Of a DNA stretch of 64,000 nt, positions 23,146-39,990 are shown piece after piece. Every line of letters starts with the position of its first letter. Position 1 is the stretch's first letter. The notes beneath the pieces are model-generated. The model was not told the DNA's origin. It saw only the letters and a program-made list of their open reading frames with translations, and did no database searches. This DNA comes from Raillietiella orientalis. Its lineage: Eukaryota. The position numbers and the translations under genes are program-made. Location: NCBI GenBank assembly GCA_036172245.1, contig JAYWIR010000060.1:310001-374000 (forward strand), given 5' to 3'.

Positions 23146-26100
23146 TTACTGGAATAATATGGCAGAATTCATGGGCGGCAATTCAGAGATGCTCACAAAA
23201 TCAGTGCTTTTCAAATAATTAAGAGACATCTGAATCCCACCTAACCTTTTTCAGCTTGCCGCCCAGAAAGCAGCTGCAAAGACTTGCGTGGTATCATCAC
23301 CCCGGAATTTCAGCACGCTATCGAATTATTCTATTCCACTCTGTATCTTCCCAGTTTGTTCTCCGTATCATCCGTTTTATGGGAATGAAAATTTTGTCCG
23401 ATTCCCGGCAACATGAAGCGATCGATTGTCAACACCGTGCACCTTCCAGACGAACCAGACTTATCAGAATGCCTCCCTGTCCATTCGGCTCCCACAAAAA
23501 AGTCACGCCCAGGGGACTCGGGAGCTGGCCACTGCATCTCGAAGTTATCTTATCTCGAAAACACTGCTGCTGTGCCACCCCGTCCTTGACACAAAAGATG
23601 GTCACACCAAGGTCAACTTGGGCCACTGGCATTAGAAAAGGGACAAACCATGCACGACCGGGAGAGGAAGACACCGGGAAGGAGCGCGCCCGATTGAGGG
23701 TTGGGAAAAAGTCTCCACGAGGGAAGAAACCCCGGGGGAGAGGTGACGCGGCAACAAGAAATTCCACAGAACGGGCAGGGCTCTGAGGATTTGGAAGGGG
23801 ACGGCCCGAAGTGAAATTTCGGGCTTCACGTATTTATGTGCAGTGCAACAGCTTCCTTAGTCTCATAAAAAAAACGAAAATTTCTTATTTTATATAGTTG
23901 GTTTTGTTAAAGCCGATTAACATTCGCATGTCGAGTTGAATGAACTTTTTAAAAGGTTTTCACTTTGAACGGTGATGCCGTGATGGGAAAATACGTCACA
24001 CATCCACCTGGGAGCAGCTTCATTTCGTTTTTACTTTCATTCACGACTCAACCCGTTGATTCATCTGCTCCTTGCAGCTCCCAAAGGACCGGGAGATGAA
24101 GCGCGCTTTGGACCGCGACCGCTTCATAGGCGACACAGTCAGTTTTACTGTTCTTATTTACAGTTACATAATAGGTCACAGGGGGGGGGGGGAGGTTCTG
24201 GACATCCTTCCGCAGTTCCTCCTCTGCTCATCTGGGGATTTATGCAATTCGTGCACGCCCTTCATAATTTCGAAATCTGAATTTCTCTTGGAATATACAT
24301 GACACTCTGAAACAAAAGTTAATAAATAAGCACTCTCGAAATATGCGTCATTATTTGTAGAACTCTTGCGATTTATCTTCGAAATGTTCTGCATCTCAGC
24401 AAATTCTCATCAAATGGTGTTGTGGGTCTTGTTCTGGATTATCTTGGGTTTATCTTGCCATGCCTCGTGTGTACCTTTCCTACAACTGACTAGTGTCCGG
24501 AAAACAAAGATAAAAAGGAACTGTTGAGAACTCTGAATCAAAGTTTCATATTACTAAGTTTTAACATCACATTGCTTGAAGTGGATTACTCCTCCTGGAT
24601 TCTTCATAGTTTTTAAATTGATTAAATACATTACTTCCCAACTGTTTTGTTTTGCTTTTTAGACATTGATTGATAGAATTGTTAGTATGGAAATGCCATT
24701 CTGCAATTTAATGAGCGTCACTAATTGGAACATACCGGAAATTAAGAAAGAGAGTAGTAGCACTCAATGCTTTAATCACGCATCAAAAGAAATCAATACG
24801 ATTAATCACTTTTCAACTCTGGAACATCCGTGTTATTCAATACAAAACCACAATTGATTCCGAATCTCCCTTTTTTTTTCATATTCGACATAACATGATA
24901 CCATAGAGAAGGGAAAAGGTTACCGCGAGCTGCTACAAAAAGTAATCCTGATTTAATGTGAAATGTTGTGATTTACTTTCAATTCATTTTAATCATTTGT
25001 TATTTTGATTTTCATTCTTTTTATCTGCCTGGATTCTTTTTCAGTAAACAATAATGCTCACAGTTAGATACCTAGGCTACCTTTTCGAACACATAGATGC
25101 ATACTCCTACATTACTTCAAAGAGAGCTCAGAGTTTGGAAGTGCATGTTTCTTCTGAAGAGAAAAGTCTTTTCTGTTGAGTGATTCGTCGCACCCTACAC
25201 TTGAGGAGATAATTTGAGTGCATCCAACGGCTAGAGACATCGATGAAGCCAAATATAGTTATTAGCAATGAAAATAATGATTATTTCAAAGAAGAAAACA
25301 TCGACGTATGTTCGTCGTATGTATGTCCTCATAACATACTTGTTTTTAATGCTTAAACTGCACAGGAGAATGAATCTGGAATTATTCCAAGGAGTTTGTA
25401 GAAGAGTTTTGAAACTGCTCTAAATAGGGCTACTATTTTCACAATTTATAAAACGTTGATGTGCCCTGCATTGTAAACACTTTTGTTGGTCTGATGTTCC
25501 TTTTGAGAATCAGAAAATGATTAATCATTGTTTCCTATTTCTGCAACCGAGGTCACAAGTGAGTTTATGTAATGGATTTTATGTGACAGAAATATGATTT
25601 TATTTTTTCTTGAAGCACTGCGTATGTAGTTGTGTAGGAGAGAAGAAAACAGTTTTTTCTATGCGCATACTACCTTATTTCGTTAACTCTATATAACAAG
25701 CAGTACTGATTTCATCCTAAGAACGACCAGGTAGAGAGTAGTAACACATGTATGACATCACTTTTTCATTTCTTTTAAATGTACTCAATGAAGAACAGGC
25801 AAACGTCAGAGAAAAAAAAAGTACATTACAATTTTTTTGCACTGATAAGGAATTTCATTAGGATGACACCCAACATTATATCAGTTTAGCACAGATATAG
25901 GACACAAGCTTCCTCAGATGGCCTATGCTTTCATGTGTTGTGGTTCTCACAAAATACGGTCATTCCTGTTGACAGCGCTTTAAGTAATCTCCGTCATAAG
26001 CGTGTTCTGCATGCTTTTTTATAAACTTGAAATGATTGGAATTTCATTTTAGTTAGTAAGTGTGGGAGCTGATGCAAATGCGACAGTGTATCAACAAGTG

Positions 26101-27759
26101 CACATGCCATCATGAGCAGTGAATCCTCAATTTCTGCGTCTCCGTATGAAGATGTCAACCACTCAATCCCAAAGGAATTTTGCAAGAAGATAATGCGTTA
26201 TCAAGACGTCGTGAAACAAAAGCACTGGTGTGATCCGTTTGAGCAATGAGCCGGATCCAGGGCTTGGGAGACCTTGAGCATCCGGATCGAGCCTAACGCC
26301 ACAAAATTGGCTCGACCCGAGCATGCCACGAAAACTGCAGACGGTTTCCCTCATCATCCACAGGGGCGCCTTCACGGGTGCCAATTCCCATGCACTTCAC
26401 GAAGGGGGGGTGCAGGCAAGAAGTTCAGAGGTTGCATCAGCACCTTGAGTGCGCGTCTCATGGCACGCTGCTGAAAACCACCATTTTAGAAGCAAGGAAG
26501 CATGTTTCCACTTTGTCGTTTGCCGAAGTAGGAACGCTCGGAGTAAGAACACGGAAAAACGCGGCAAAAACGCATATTCTGCCCGAGAGAACCGGCAGCT
26601 GAAGGTCCGAGACTCCATGGCCTCGTGACCGAGTCTTGTCCTTCTGAGAGCCGGGTGAGGTGCACCTCGGACGATGGTGCGGTGGAACCGTTCTCGCTAA
26701 GCACTGTACTGCATCTCCTCGAAGCTACAGGGAACCTCATTGCATTAGGAATTTCCTGGAAAACGGATTTGGTCAAAACATTCATTATGGAAACTTATTG
26801 GGCTTTTCTTGGATGGCTGTGGACATACATGAATGATCCAGCATACAAAAGAGCTTGCATATAAGACATGCTTTTGTGCTACCTTTAGTAGTTCTTTTAT
26901 GTATTTTTCCTCGGCTTCTCCTTTAAACTCAGCACTTTGCTAAATAAAAAAACTGACTGGAGGTTGCTTCCAGCGTCTCACTGAAAATGCTCAATTATAT
27001 CGCCTCATTTTTGCAACTGTATAGTCAGTGGTTTTATTTTTTTTTTTGCTTTGCACTTGTACTGCTTTTGTTTGTTTTGTTCAAAACACTATTCAGGGAT
27101 ACTTTGCTCTCTATGTACACACTGCTCGTTGTGTGCTTCATGTTACTTACAAGATCCATAATTTTTTCCTACGCTGCAGACATAAAATATGCAGCACGAA
27201 CATCCGTGTTTGCTAGACAAGACATTTCAGTTTCAAGGTGATGTATTTGCATTCATTAATTTGTCTGTTTTTATCTGGAGTTGCACGTCACTAAATACAA
27301 TTACAATGGCTAATCAAATGCTCTAAATAAACTGCACGTACGCTGCATTCCTGAAAGAAGGATTTGATATGCAGAGGAGGAGGAAGATGATAAAAAATAT
27401 TTTGCTTCAGTAAATGGTTTACCTTTGGGAGGGGGGTAAGGGGGTATGTAGCTGATGTCATGAGAAACGCAGCAAGTGAAGAAAAAAAAAAAAATTAGAA
27501 AAGCAGTGAATGAAAATGCATGTTGGGAGTTGTGGGAATCCCTAAATTGACATTCCGTCGAACGTGTCGCGGACTCCCCCAAAGGCCGAGCAAAGCAGAA
27601 AAGAGAAGGAGCTGAACACAAATTAAATCATGGCACGAACCGGTGCACACGTAAATCCAAAACAGCAATTCAAACCAAACCTGCAGGAGCAAAGGCAGGA
27701 GGGGGGGAGGATCGGAAGTTCCGTATCCCGGAAATGCAGTGGGTGAAACTGTAATGGAA

Positions 27760-28250
27760 AACGAGACAAAACTGGAGTGGGGAGTCCATCGAGCCCGTTG
27801 GAGTCGAGGTCATCCGGGACGGACCTGCAGACCCACGATCGACAGGAGGCCGGAGGCAGGAGTGTGGGACTTTAGGGCCGGAGGGATTCACCTGGGAGGA
27901 GGAGGAGGAGGAGGTTCGGGGCGCTTGCAGAGAGCCCCACCGCAAGGGACGATCCCGGATCACCCTGGGACCGCCCCTTGCCACTCCCTTTCGAATTTTC
28001 CTCGGCGGTGGTTGAGGATTTTTGTTTTTTTTTTTGCCACGCCGCATCGGCATTCCGTTCCCTGCTGTGCTCACAATTTCGTTACCACTCGTTCATCTCC
28101 GTGCCACATCTTATCTTGTTCCAGGCCCAAGTGCCCGTCACTTCCTGGTGGATTCCTAATCGGACAAGTGTGAAAAAAGGGGCACGGAAACGAACGAGCA
28201 GCATATTAATTGATCCTTTTTGCTCTGTCCTTGATTTGATCCGGGCTGTG
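27760..28250 (+). mobile_element. Decayed DIRS-like reverse transcriptase fragment upstream of PAK
   Basis: Frameshifted SIEP, GRTCRPTIDRR (GxxRPIIDLR-like), DFRAGGI and QFRYHSF in RT order. Confidence 0.4.
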
Positions 28251-28835
28251 AATGGTGTGAGTTCATTCAGTTCTTGTCGACCACACCGGTTGTGAAAGTG
28301 TTGTGCGTTGCTTCAGCAAAGTCTTTGCGAATGTTTTTTTTTTTCTCCTTCTTCTTCTCCTTCCCCCCACCCCTCCTCCTCCCATCGTTCAGTTAAATCA
28401 CTGAATAACGTAACCGAAATGGAAGTGAACAGAAAACGAAGCCTTTCTTCAGAGTAGAATCGAAAATCTGCATCTCGTGCATGCTGAAGACCGTCCTGAA
28501 TTCCCAGTTGTGCGTTTGGCACTTATTGTGAATTTTCACAGTATTATTGTACGAATGTTAAGTATGTCTTGATTGTTTTCCATCCCAAGTGGATCTTGAG
28601 AGAAATCCAATGAAGTTGGCATTTTTTTTCTCTTCCTAAAGCGTGATTGTATTTTATTGACTAATTATTCTTTTATGTTGGATTACAACTAAAGTAATGT
28701 TACTTGTTTTCTTCTATTGAAAAGCTTGCAGTGCATACTGAAAACAAATGAAACCAAGTGACAGAGACTCAATTGTTATCCATAAAAAATGAATGGCAAT
28801 ATGCATTCAAAGAAGGACTTGAAGTATATGTGATA

Positions 28836-32384
<3,549 letters not shown>

Positions 32385-32493
32385 CTCTGTGATACTAGCC
32401 AGTCGCCTAAGTGCCAAGGTCCCAAGTGACAATTTAGTCTGCGCTTTAGGAATTCAAAGTTCAAAGCTGTGACTGTCATTTGGATATGCATTG

Positions 32494-32499
32494 AATAAA
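32494..32499 (+). promoter_or_regulatory. Candidate polyadenylation signal of Pak
   Basis: AATAAA about 110 nt after the stop codon, followed by T-rich sequence. Confidence 0.6.
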
Positions 32500-33299
32500 T
32501 ATTTACTTTTGTCACTTTTTTAATTCTTCCGTTTCTTTCCAAGTGGAAAAGATTTCTGCAGTTACTTGCATTGCGTCAGTGCTCTGAATTTTCCTAACAT
32601 TTCAATTCAAGTTTCTAGTTAGGGTTTGCCACCCAGCAACTGGGATGGTAGAAGACTGCTGGCGAATCGAGGTGCCAATAGTTTCTGGTTCTCCATCTGT
32701 TTGACACGGAAGTTGGGTGCACATCAGCCTTTTGATTCAGTGCATGTGTTCTAAATTGCCTTTTGGTTTATCCAGGACTATAAGCAACATGAATTGATCC
32801 AAGTGTGATCCTCACAGCCTTCCGATGGTATTCAATCAAACGTAACTGTAACAAAATGCCAGTTTTCCCCCGTTTCCACCATTGTGTTTCTCAACTTGCT
32901 GATCTCTTTGTATTGTACTACTTTGCGTTCCTACCGATGTGGCAGCCACATGTGTAATGAGTACCTTTTTCTTTTTTTTTCCAAGCCTGCGCCATTATTT
33001 TGCTTTTCCTCTGCCGGTTCTGCCGGTCGAGAACTCATCCTTGCTCACTTTGGGGCACAGCCCGACCTGCTGAACCGCAGTTTGCAGCAGCGTCAAAAAG
33101 CATCACCTGCAGCTGCAATCGAGCAACAGATGAGACCCCTTGCGTGTGGAAAATGAAGTTTCGCGCCGTTATGCGGATGATGCGCGCGGAAAAGGGCGTT
33201 TCCATCATCCCATACCCCTTCGATGGTTGCCGTGCGCCGGCACCAGTGGCCGATGCGCCGCGATTCATACCACGCGACCACGTGTGAGCCGCCCGGTCG

Positions 33300-34600
33300 C
33301 AGATCGCCGGTGTTGGCCACGGCTGAGCCGCGTTTTCAAGTCCGACGTGAAAATGGCGCATTGGAGGGAATCCTGGCCGAAGCACTGCATCACACAACGT
33401 CAAAGTCCCAGGTCGACCGTGACGCACGCCTTCATTTACAGATCGCGTGACGCGAAACTTACGGCGGCTGGGAATTTCACTTTGTGGCGGCGAAGAATAG
33501 GTGACCTGGCACCACCACCACCACCTCCCCGGATCGTCCTTAGCCAGCGGCTCATCGCAGAAGAACCGGCGTCCGTTCCTCGCGGACCCACCGGCGGGCG
33601 TTGAGGCTGCCGGAACGGGCGGCGGTGGTGCTCGCGTGTGTGGCTCGAAGGTTTCGCGACCTCGTTCCTGTGGCCTTGGCTTCGGGGTCGCTCCGTCCTT
33701 TGCTGCGAATCGTGTCCGAGGAGCACGCTTTCCAGGAAGACGGGCGGCCATCTCCTACCCAAGCAAAGAGGCTCGGCACGATTGCCAGCGTCTCACCACA
33801 CGAAATCGAAGACGCAATAAACAGAGAGCCCTCCTTTCCATTCGCACGGCGTCCACGCAGAGAGCCCCAGTGCGCAGTAGCCGTGTAGTAAGCCCAGCGT
33901 TGGTTGCGAGCGAAGAATGCACATGGATTTTCCTTGCAAGGATGATGGTGATTTTTTAAAAAAATAATCGGCCGCGTGGCGCCAGTTGTTACTCGGAACG
34001 GATGCTGGTCCATGGACCGAACGGTTGCTCTTCTTGCCTGCTGGTCGCGCTGTTGCTTGCGTGCCGCGAGGATGCTTCTGGCAACAGGGACCCGTTGATT
34101 CTTGCATTTGATTTCCGAGTTTTCATTACCCAGTCCCGGCAACGGCAGCAAGCAACAGTTTGTTCTCCGTTGGGGGCTTCCCCCCCTCTCCTTCCCTTCT
34201 TCCTGTGCGTGTTGATGCGTGTACACGACAAGCACTTCAGTGTGGGTTCTCCGCGTCGACTTGTTATACTAATCGAACTGTGTCCATAAACAGTGTTTCT
34301 ACTTGGCACTCTGTGTGTGTGTATATATATATACACATTTTCCCATCTTCTTCTATTTGTTTTTTGCTCTATGCACTTTGAATGCCAGCAACTTTTTCAT
34401 GCGGATCGTGTTCCAATTTCTTATACCAGAGAGTGCGGCACTGCTGTTGTTGAGTGTTCATTTGTAGTTTCCGCGTCCTCCCGGAAGGTACCGAAAGTCT
34501 GCTCATTTCTGTCTCCTGATTTCCGAAACGGATGCAGATCCCCGCGATTCTCAGCAGATTCAATCGCTCAAAGGGTTCGTTTGTTTCATTTTCAACGCGA
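33300..34600 (+). mobile_element. Decayed DIRS-like YR remnant
   Basis: AHWRESWPKHCITQRQSP, NRVRGARFPGR and LLSIRTASTQRA (LLALxTAxR-like) occur in YR order across frames. The 3' boundary is uncertain. Confidence 0.35.
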
Positions 34601-35309
34601 CGGTAGCTGCGAGCAACGGGATGAAAAGTAATTCTGTCCAGTTCCTTATTGAGGAAGTGACCTTTCTTTCTCCAGGGATGTTTCAGGCAGCGGACGCCGT
34701 GACCGTCGCCTGCGGCCTTCACATCGAAGTGCTCCCTGGAAGAGGAAAAAAAAAAAAAAAAACAGGAAAAGATGGGGAAACGTGGTACTGGTGCCGAAAA
34801 AATAACAAAAAAAAATAAAGTTGCAGGCATGCGGATCGGATTTCCTGAGCCCATTTTTCGTCCAAGGGGAAAAGGTGTTTCCTAATGGGAGGGGTGATCC
34901 CTACACTGCATAACCCGGATGTGTACGAGTGAAGCAGTGAGCTTGGGAATGATTTCGTCGTATGAGCTGCCTTTGCCCTCCAGAGGGGGACGCTGACCAC
35001 AAAATCCGGGCAGACCTTAGCCAGTGGACGAGTGAAGAAACGATTTTCCCACCGAATTTTGCGACGACTCACTCGCCTCCCAGGCTGTTTGCGCGTGCAT
35101 TTCCTGTTTTGAGTAAATTGCGGCGACACGGGATCCTCGGGTGATTCAAAATTTGCTATGAGAACGTTTCCTTGGAACCATTGTGTTTGTTCCGTTGGTA
35201 ACAAAGTTCGGTCCCGTCTTGGACAGCTGTCAGATGCATTCCATGGCCATTGTGGCATTCACATGGTAGGGTTTCCGAGCACAAAGCCGAAATGTTTATG
35301 TACAGCGTA

Positions 35310-36341
35310 TTATTTTAATAGGTTAGAAGCTAATAGGCAGTGGAGGTAGTAAGTGTTGAGTGTTTTCAGGAGATGCTTCCAGTAGTTGGCATCAAAGGGA
35401 ACTCTGTGCACTGCCGTTCCCACGTGCGTGTAGACCACTGTATCACACCAGAGGGCTCCGGTCACTGCCATCTGCCCTTGGATCTGCGTGTAAGTCCTGT
35501 GTTTCTTCCTCACGGACAGGAGCTTTCCGTCCGAGTTCACTTCCATGGGGAAGTGCGTCTGGGAAGCCGCCACGAAGGGATCGCAGTATCTCGCAGAATA
35601 GGGACACTTGATCTCCACGATCCCGTAAGGGATCAGTCCCTCGTAAAAGTCGAAGATTTTCCCGTCCGGCTTGGCTCCCAGCCATGGGTAAGCGGAGGAG
35701 ACGACGAACTCGCAAGGTTTCACCACCAAGCGGTGCCCATGCTGGTGCATGTACTCCTGGTAGATTTCCTTGGCCGTGTCTTCGTAGCGAAGGCCGTAAG
35801 CGGCGGAGCAAGCGGTCTTGAGCGTCGCGTTCGCCTTCTGCGGCTTCTTCCGCGAGTCTCTCGACGCGTACATTTTGTCAACGATTCTTTTGACATCCAG
35901 GTTCGTCTTCTTCACGATCGACGTGATGTCGTGGAACCTGGAGGCACCGATGGGTTTCGGCTTCTTCCGTCGCGTGCTCTCTCGAAGAAGAGGAAGGTCC
36001 TCCTCGGCGTCTTCACCAACAAGTTCTTGCTCCTCTTCCTGCTGGCGTTCCGGTCCGCGCGGCTTGCCAACGTCGGCTCTCGCGGAAACCAGAACCTCAG
36101 TGTACCAAGGGAACTTTGGAAAGCCATGGAATTCGTGAAAGTAGTTTTTTCTATGGGGTTCCAAGTCCTGGCCTGTGTTTATGTACACGCGGTAGTGCTT
36201 CCTTTGGGGCGCAAACGAGTCCTTCCACTTGCAAGCACCGCAGTCCTCGGAAAACAGAAGACGCGCTATGGATTTTCCGAGCAGGCTGTGTTTTCCGGAG
36301 ATTGCGTTCATCTTCTCGCTGCCCAGAGCATAGACGGACAT
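35310..36341 (-). CDS. YqaJ-like viral recombinase / lambda-exonuclease family PD-(D/E)xK nuclease, intronless (343 aa)
   Basis: Uninterrupted ATG-to-TAA ORF with an in-frame stop two codons before the ATG. Motifs: GASRF, YGLRYEDTA, PWLGAKPDG (PDG at 35669-35661), IVEIKCPY (EIK at 35615-35607) and YTQIQGQMAVTGALWCDTVVYT. Confidence 0.9.
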   Translation of the reverse strand: MSVYALGSEKMNAISGKHSLLGKSIARLLFSEDCGACKWKDSFAPQRKHYRVYINTGQDLEPHRKNYFHEFHGFPKFPWYTEVLVSARADVGKPRGPERQQEEEQELVGEDAEEDLPLLRESTRRKKPKPIGASRFHDITSIVKKTNLDVKRIVDKMYASRDSRKKPQKANATLKTACSAAYGLRYEDTAKEIYQEYMHQHGHRLVVKPCEFVVSSAYPWLGAKPDGKIFDFYEGLIPYGIVEIKCPYSARYCDPFVAASQTHFPMEVNSDGKLLSVRKKHRTYTQIQGQMAVTGALWCDTVVYTHVGTAVHRVPFDANYWKHLLKTLNTYYLHCLLASNLLK

Positions 36342-36649
36342 CCGTTACCATGGCTTCTGGCATATTCTTAGCGCCGAGCCTCAGTCCTTAAGAACGTGCT
36401 TCGTTCCTGCTTTCCTCTTCGGCTATCATGTTGCTGTTCGCGACAATTTCATTTCCTTTCTCAAGTAAAGCAAAAATTTAGCCAAATTGCAGGAATATGG
36501 AAGGATGGATGGGAAGCAGCAGCACCTCGCTTGTCGTTTTGACAGACAAAAATTAAAGAAAAAACACTCTTCAGAAATGCCCCACGAACAAAAAATGCAA
36601 GCAAGAAAATAAAGATGCCAACTTCTGGGACGTGCCTGTGACAGAGCTA

Positions 36650-39600
36650 GAAATCCCTACTCCTACAGTCTACTCTATGGGGGGCACAATGCGTTCTAAT
36701 GCGGTTTTGCACATTCCAGAACTTGATGTTGGAACTTCGAGCCGGACGTTTTCGAGCTCTTTAACGGTTGAGGTCCAAAGAAGAGATTGGAATCAGCTCG
36801 GAGCATCGAAAGGGCACTGAGTTAAGGAAAAGACCTCTGAAACTTCAATTTCCACTTGGTTTTACGAGTACTCCATTCTAAGGATCAATGAAGATATGTT
36901 TCTGCTTCCTTTTTTTTTTTTTTTTTGTAGAAACGGGTGCCTTCTGATGGCTGGAATTTCTCGCTCCGTAGGCACCTTGCCTAAGAATCTCAGACACAGT
37001 CAGATAGACACAGTGTCAGTTCTTGTTAAGTTTCACTTAGATACCTTTGGTAAAAGAACTGGGGAACGGATAACCAAGGAAGGGCACACAGTAAGGTGCC
37101 TTTTGCAGTGCTGCAGAACTCGGTGTTCCGAATCCCCTGGAAAGCATTCGCGGCCAAAAAATACAAACGTATTTATGAGCTGCTGCTCTGAAGCTGAGAG
37201 TGGATTCCGTTTCAGGTACCAGTTAGGGGTTGGTTTTTTGGAATCCAACCTGGTAAAGTGCACCTTTCATGTGGAAGCTCTACGGGGAGGGACCATCCTC
37301 GAATGCGACAACCAGCGCTGGCTGCTTCTCTCGGACAAACTTTGCTCATAGGGATGCTGGGCTGCTTCCAGAAGAACTTGCCAATTTCCGCGGAAGCCCA
37401 TCGAGCACAACGGAATAAATCGAGTGCTCCCTCGTGTCTGGCACCGGAGCTTCCAATCGCTGTGGTGTCCGATGAACACTTGCGGGGGACTCCCTGTTTC
37501 AGACATGGCTGCAGCGCGAAACTGTCCCCTAACTTTGGAAAACAGAGTCGCGATGCAGCTCCATCCTTTCACCGGTGCTTTCTTCTTTTCAAACAGCATC
37601 CGAAATCGGAGGTCTTTGCCACTTCACTCGCGGAACCGGAAGTTAACGCTGCTTTCGACATGGAACCTAAAGATTCCTCTCACTTGCATTTTCATCGTCA
37701 CCCGTGAGTTATTCTTCGAATTCTTTGAGTATACCACCTTAATCATCGAGGGAACGGTAACCGTTTCCATGGTTTCGTTTTCTTCCACAGGAGACGTGGA
37801 AATGCATGCCGAGGTCACAACCAAACGGCAGCTTGGAAAAAGCTGCCAAAGTTTCGTTTCCGTGTGAACGGCATGGGGGGGCGGATGTCCGAGGCGTCGT
37901 CCCAAGCACCACTTCCGTTCAGGCTGCTTCCTGTTGGCAGGTTCACCTCCGCCGACGGCACCTGGAGAATCCTAGTCTCAGTGTCCAAATCCACCCCCCA
38001 CCGATCCAACGGCGGCGGTTCTCCTTGTGGTTGTACAGCGCACGCTCGTCTTTTGTCTTCACGGGAGACCCATCCTTCCAGCTTTGGCGAAGATGAGGAA
38101 ATTCTCTCCGGAGGAAACCATCCGGAAGGACGGAAGTGGAGGACGACCATACGAGACCCTCGGCCTTAGGGCGTGTTTGACTCGGAAGACACGGAATGAC
38201 AACTGCCAGGCTTCCACGATTCACCGCAACGCATTCGAAGAACTGAAGATGCCTTCCCGAAATTGAGTATTTCAAGAAGCAGCCCGTGGTTTGATGCGAA
38301 TGGCACATCTCAACGGAGATCTGGATCGCATTCTGGAAGCTTCAAACCAGAACAGTCGCTCATTCCGATTCCCAGGCTCGTTGCAATTAGCAAGAAAGGG
38401 GAAACGAAATGCCAAGCAGGCAAGGAAGAGAAAGTCGGATGCGGAGACGACAGCGACATGCTGGAGTGCCAGCTACAACGCGTGTGTCGGTGGTCATGTT
38501 GCCCAGTTTCGAAGAATAAAAAGGGCCAACCAAACCATCCGTAGCAAGCGCTTGAAAGGAGCAGCCCTGATCCGGGTGGAGGGAAAACGGGCGAGCAGCC
38601 CTCGGGGCAAGAGTTATGGCTGGAACGAACGTGGAGTGCGCGAGAGGCAAGCAACGCCTCTGCTGGCTCATTGCCTCTTGGGTCAGTGAGTGCCAACAGT
38701 GGCGATCACGGTCCTAGCCAGGCAGTGCCCGAGGCAACACGCGCATGGGAATGGGATGCCCACGAGCATCCGGGAATTCCTTCAAAGGGCATTCCAGGGT
38801 GCAAACGGTCACACGCACGCACAAAGACGCCTAAAGGAGTGCATTGCGATTTGGTTGATTTTTTGCACGGTTCCTACGCAAACGCGTGGGCGAATTTCCG
38901 GAACCCCACGCGCTGCGGAATGAGCCCTCGCAAACGTCTGGATTGCTCTCTCTGTGGTGCTACACCGGTAGGCAGGAAGTACATCAGCGTTGGTCTGAAT
39001 GACATCGCCACCGCTTCCGGTTTCTTAATTTTCCTCCATTCTGTGGGGACATGGTGCCTTAGGCATAACACGGGACTGACCGCAGGATCCTGGCTCTACA
39101 GCAGAATTTTGACTCGGTTTGGTCGTCTCCGAGACGACTCGGAATTTCGAACGCCGAAGCATCGGCAAAAATTCTCGGGTGAGTTCCAGATTGTGGAACT
39201 TTTGTTTATAGATTGTTTCCCATCAGCAGACAAACTCGACGTCCATCTCCAAGAATGCGTGATGCTATTCATCTGTGATTCGAAGATTGCCCGGGTCGGC
39301 GGCCGTGTGGCCATAGCTGCCGCGCGCGTCGCCTGGCGTTGGCGGGTTCGCTTTGCAGGATGGCCTGTTCGGGTGCGGCTACACTGGCGGAAGCCGGAAA
39401 CCCCCGGACGCCCCCCCACGCCATCGACTGGCCGGGCTTGGAAGTTAACTCTCCGGGGTCCTTCCAGGAATCGAGCGAGCTCCTTCAGGGTTCCCTTGCG
39501 GTTGTGCAAATAGAGTCGTTCCTCCCCCCCCCCCTTCAAGGGAGGATGACCCTCCATTGCGTACCATGGAGTTGGTTGATTGATAGCCCCCTCGGGTGGT

Positions 39601-39990
39601 CACCTTTCCAGGGTGCAAGAAGCGCGCTGTTCCCTTTGGGGTTCCTCTCTTCAGAGGGGAAAAGAAGGGGCTGGTGGAGTCCCTCCGGAGAGAATAAGGA
39701 AGAGCCGGGAAAGCGGAGGAGGACTCCTTCCTCCAGAGCCTTCCTGGATTCATAGTGATCCCTTCAGGGTATTCCCTAACTTTGAGGGTCCACGTGAGCC
39801 CTCGGGTGGTGCCGACAGTGTGAGGCGGGCGGATCTTCACCACTTGATGTACCAAAAAGAAACGAAACCCGAGAAACAAGCAAACAAAGGCCAGAAGGAA
39901 AGCAGCGGGAACGGGAGGAGAACCCGTTCCCGCTGCTTTAGGGAGCTACACCTTTCTTCACACCCAATCTAAGACGGGATTTCCACTTGT
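36650..39990 (-). mobile_element. Decayed, near full-length DIRS-like retrotransposon (gag/pol junction, RT, RNase H, YR)
   Basis: In order on the minus strand: RPVDGVGGRP (PVGGRL-like), ADGKQSI, HHVPTEWRK, LPTGVAPQR and GFRKFAH (RT); FASNHGL, HLQFFECVAV and VWSSSTSVL (RNase H); VCPSLVI, LTRTDTV and KTSGSKF (YR). Shares nucleotide repeat blocks with other copies. Confidence 0.55.
39290..39990 (-). repeat. Dispersed repeat copy A (homologous to 43440-44225, 50780-51010 and inverted 52860-53060)
   Basis: Shared blocks: GGCGGCCGTGTGGC; TTGGAAGTTRAC.CT....GT.CCTTCCAGG; GAGCCTTCCTGG.TTCAT; GAAGGAAAGCAGCG..AACGGGAGGAGAACCCG. Confidence 0.9.

Noticed and set aside
23200..27700. A further gene between ABAT and Pak
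   Set aside because: Only short ORFs without motifs were found and no consistent exon chain could be built. The GC-richer patches may be TE debris, so the region is left unresolved.
35340..36371. 343-aa plus-strand ORF antisense to the YqaJ gene
   Set aside because: It is in exact codon-to-codon antisense register, starts at GTG and has no recognisable motifs, which is typical of a shadow ORF.
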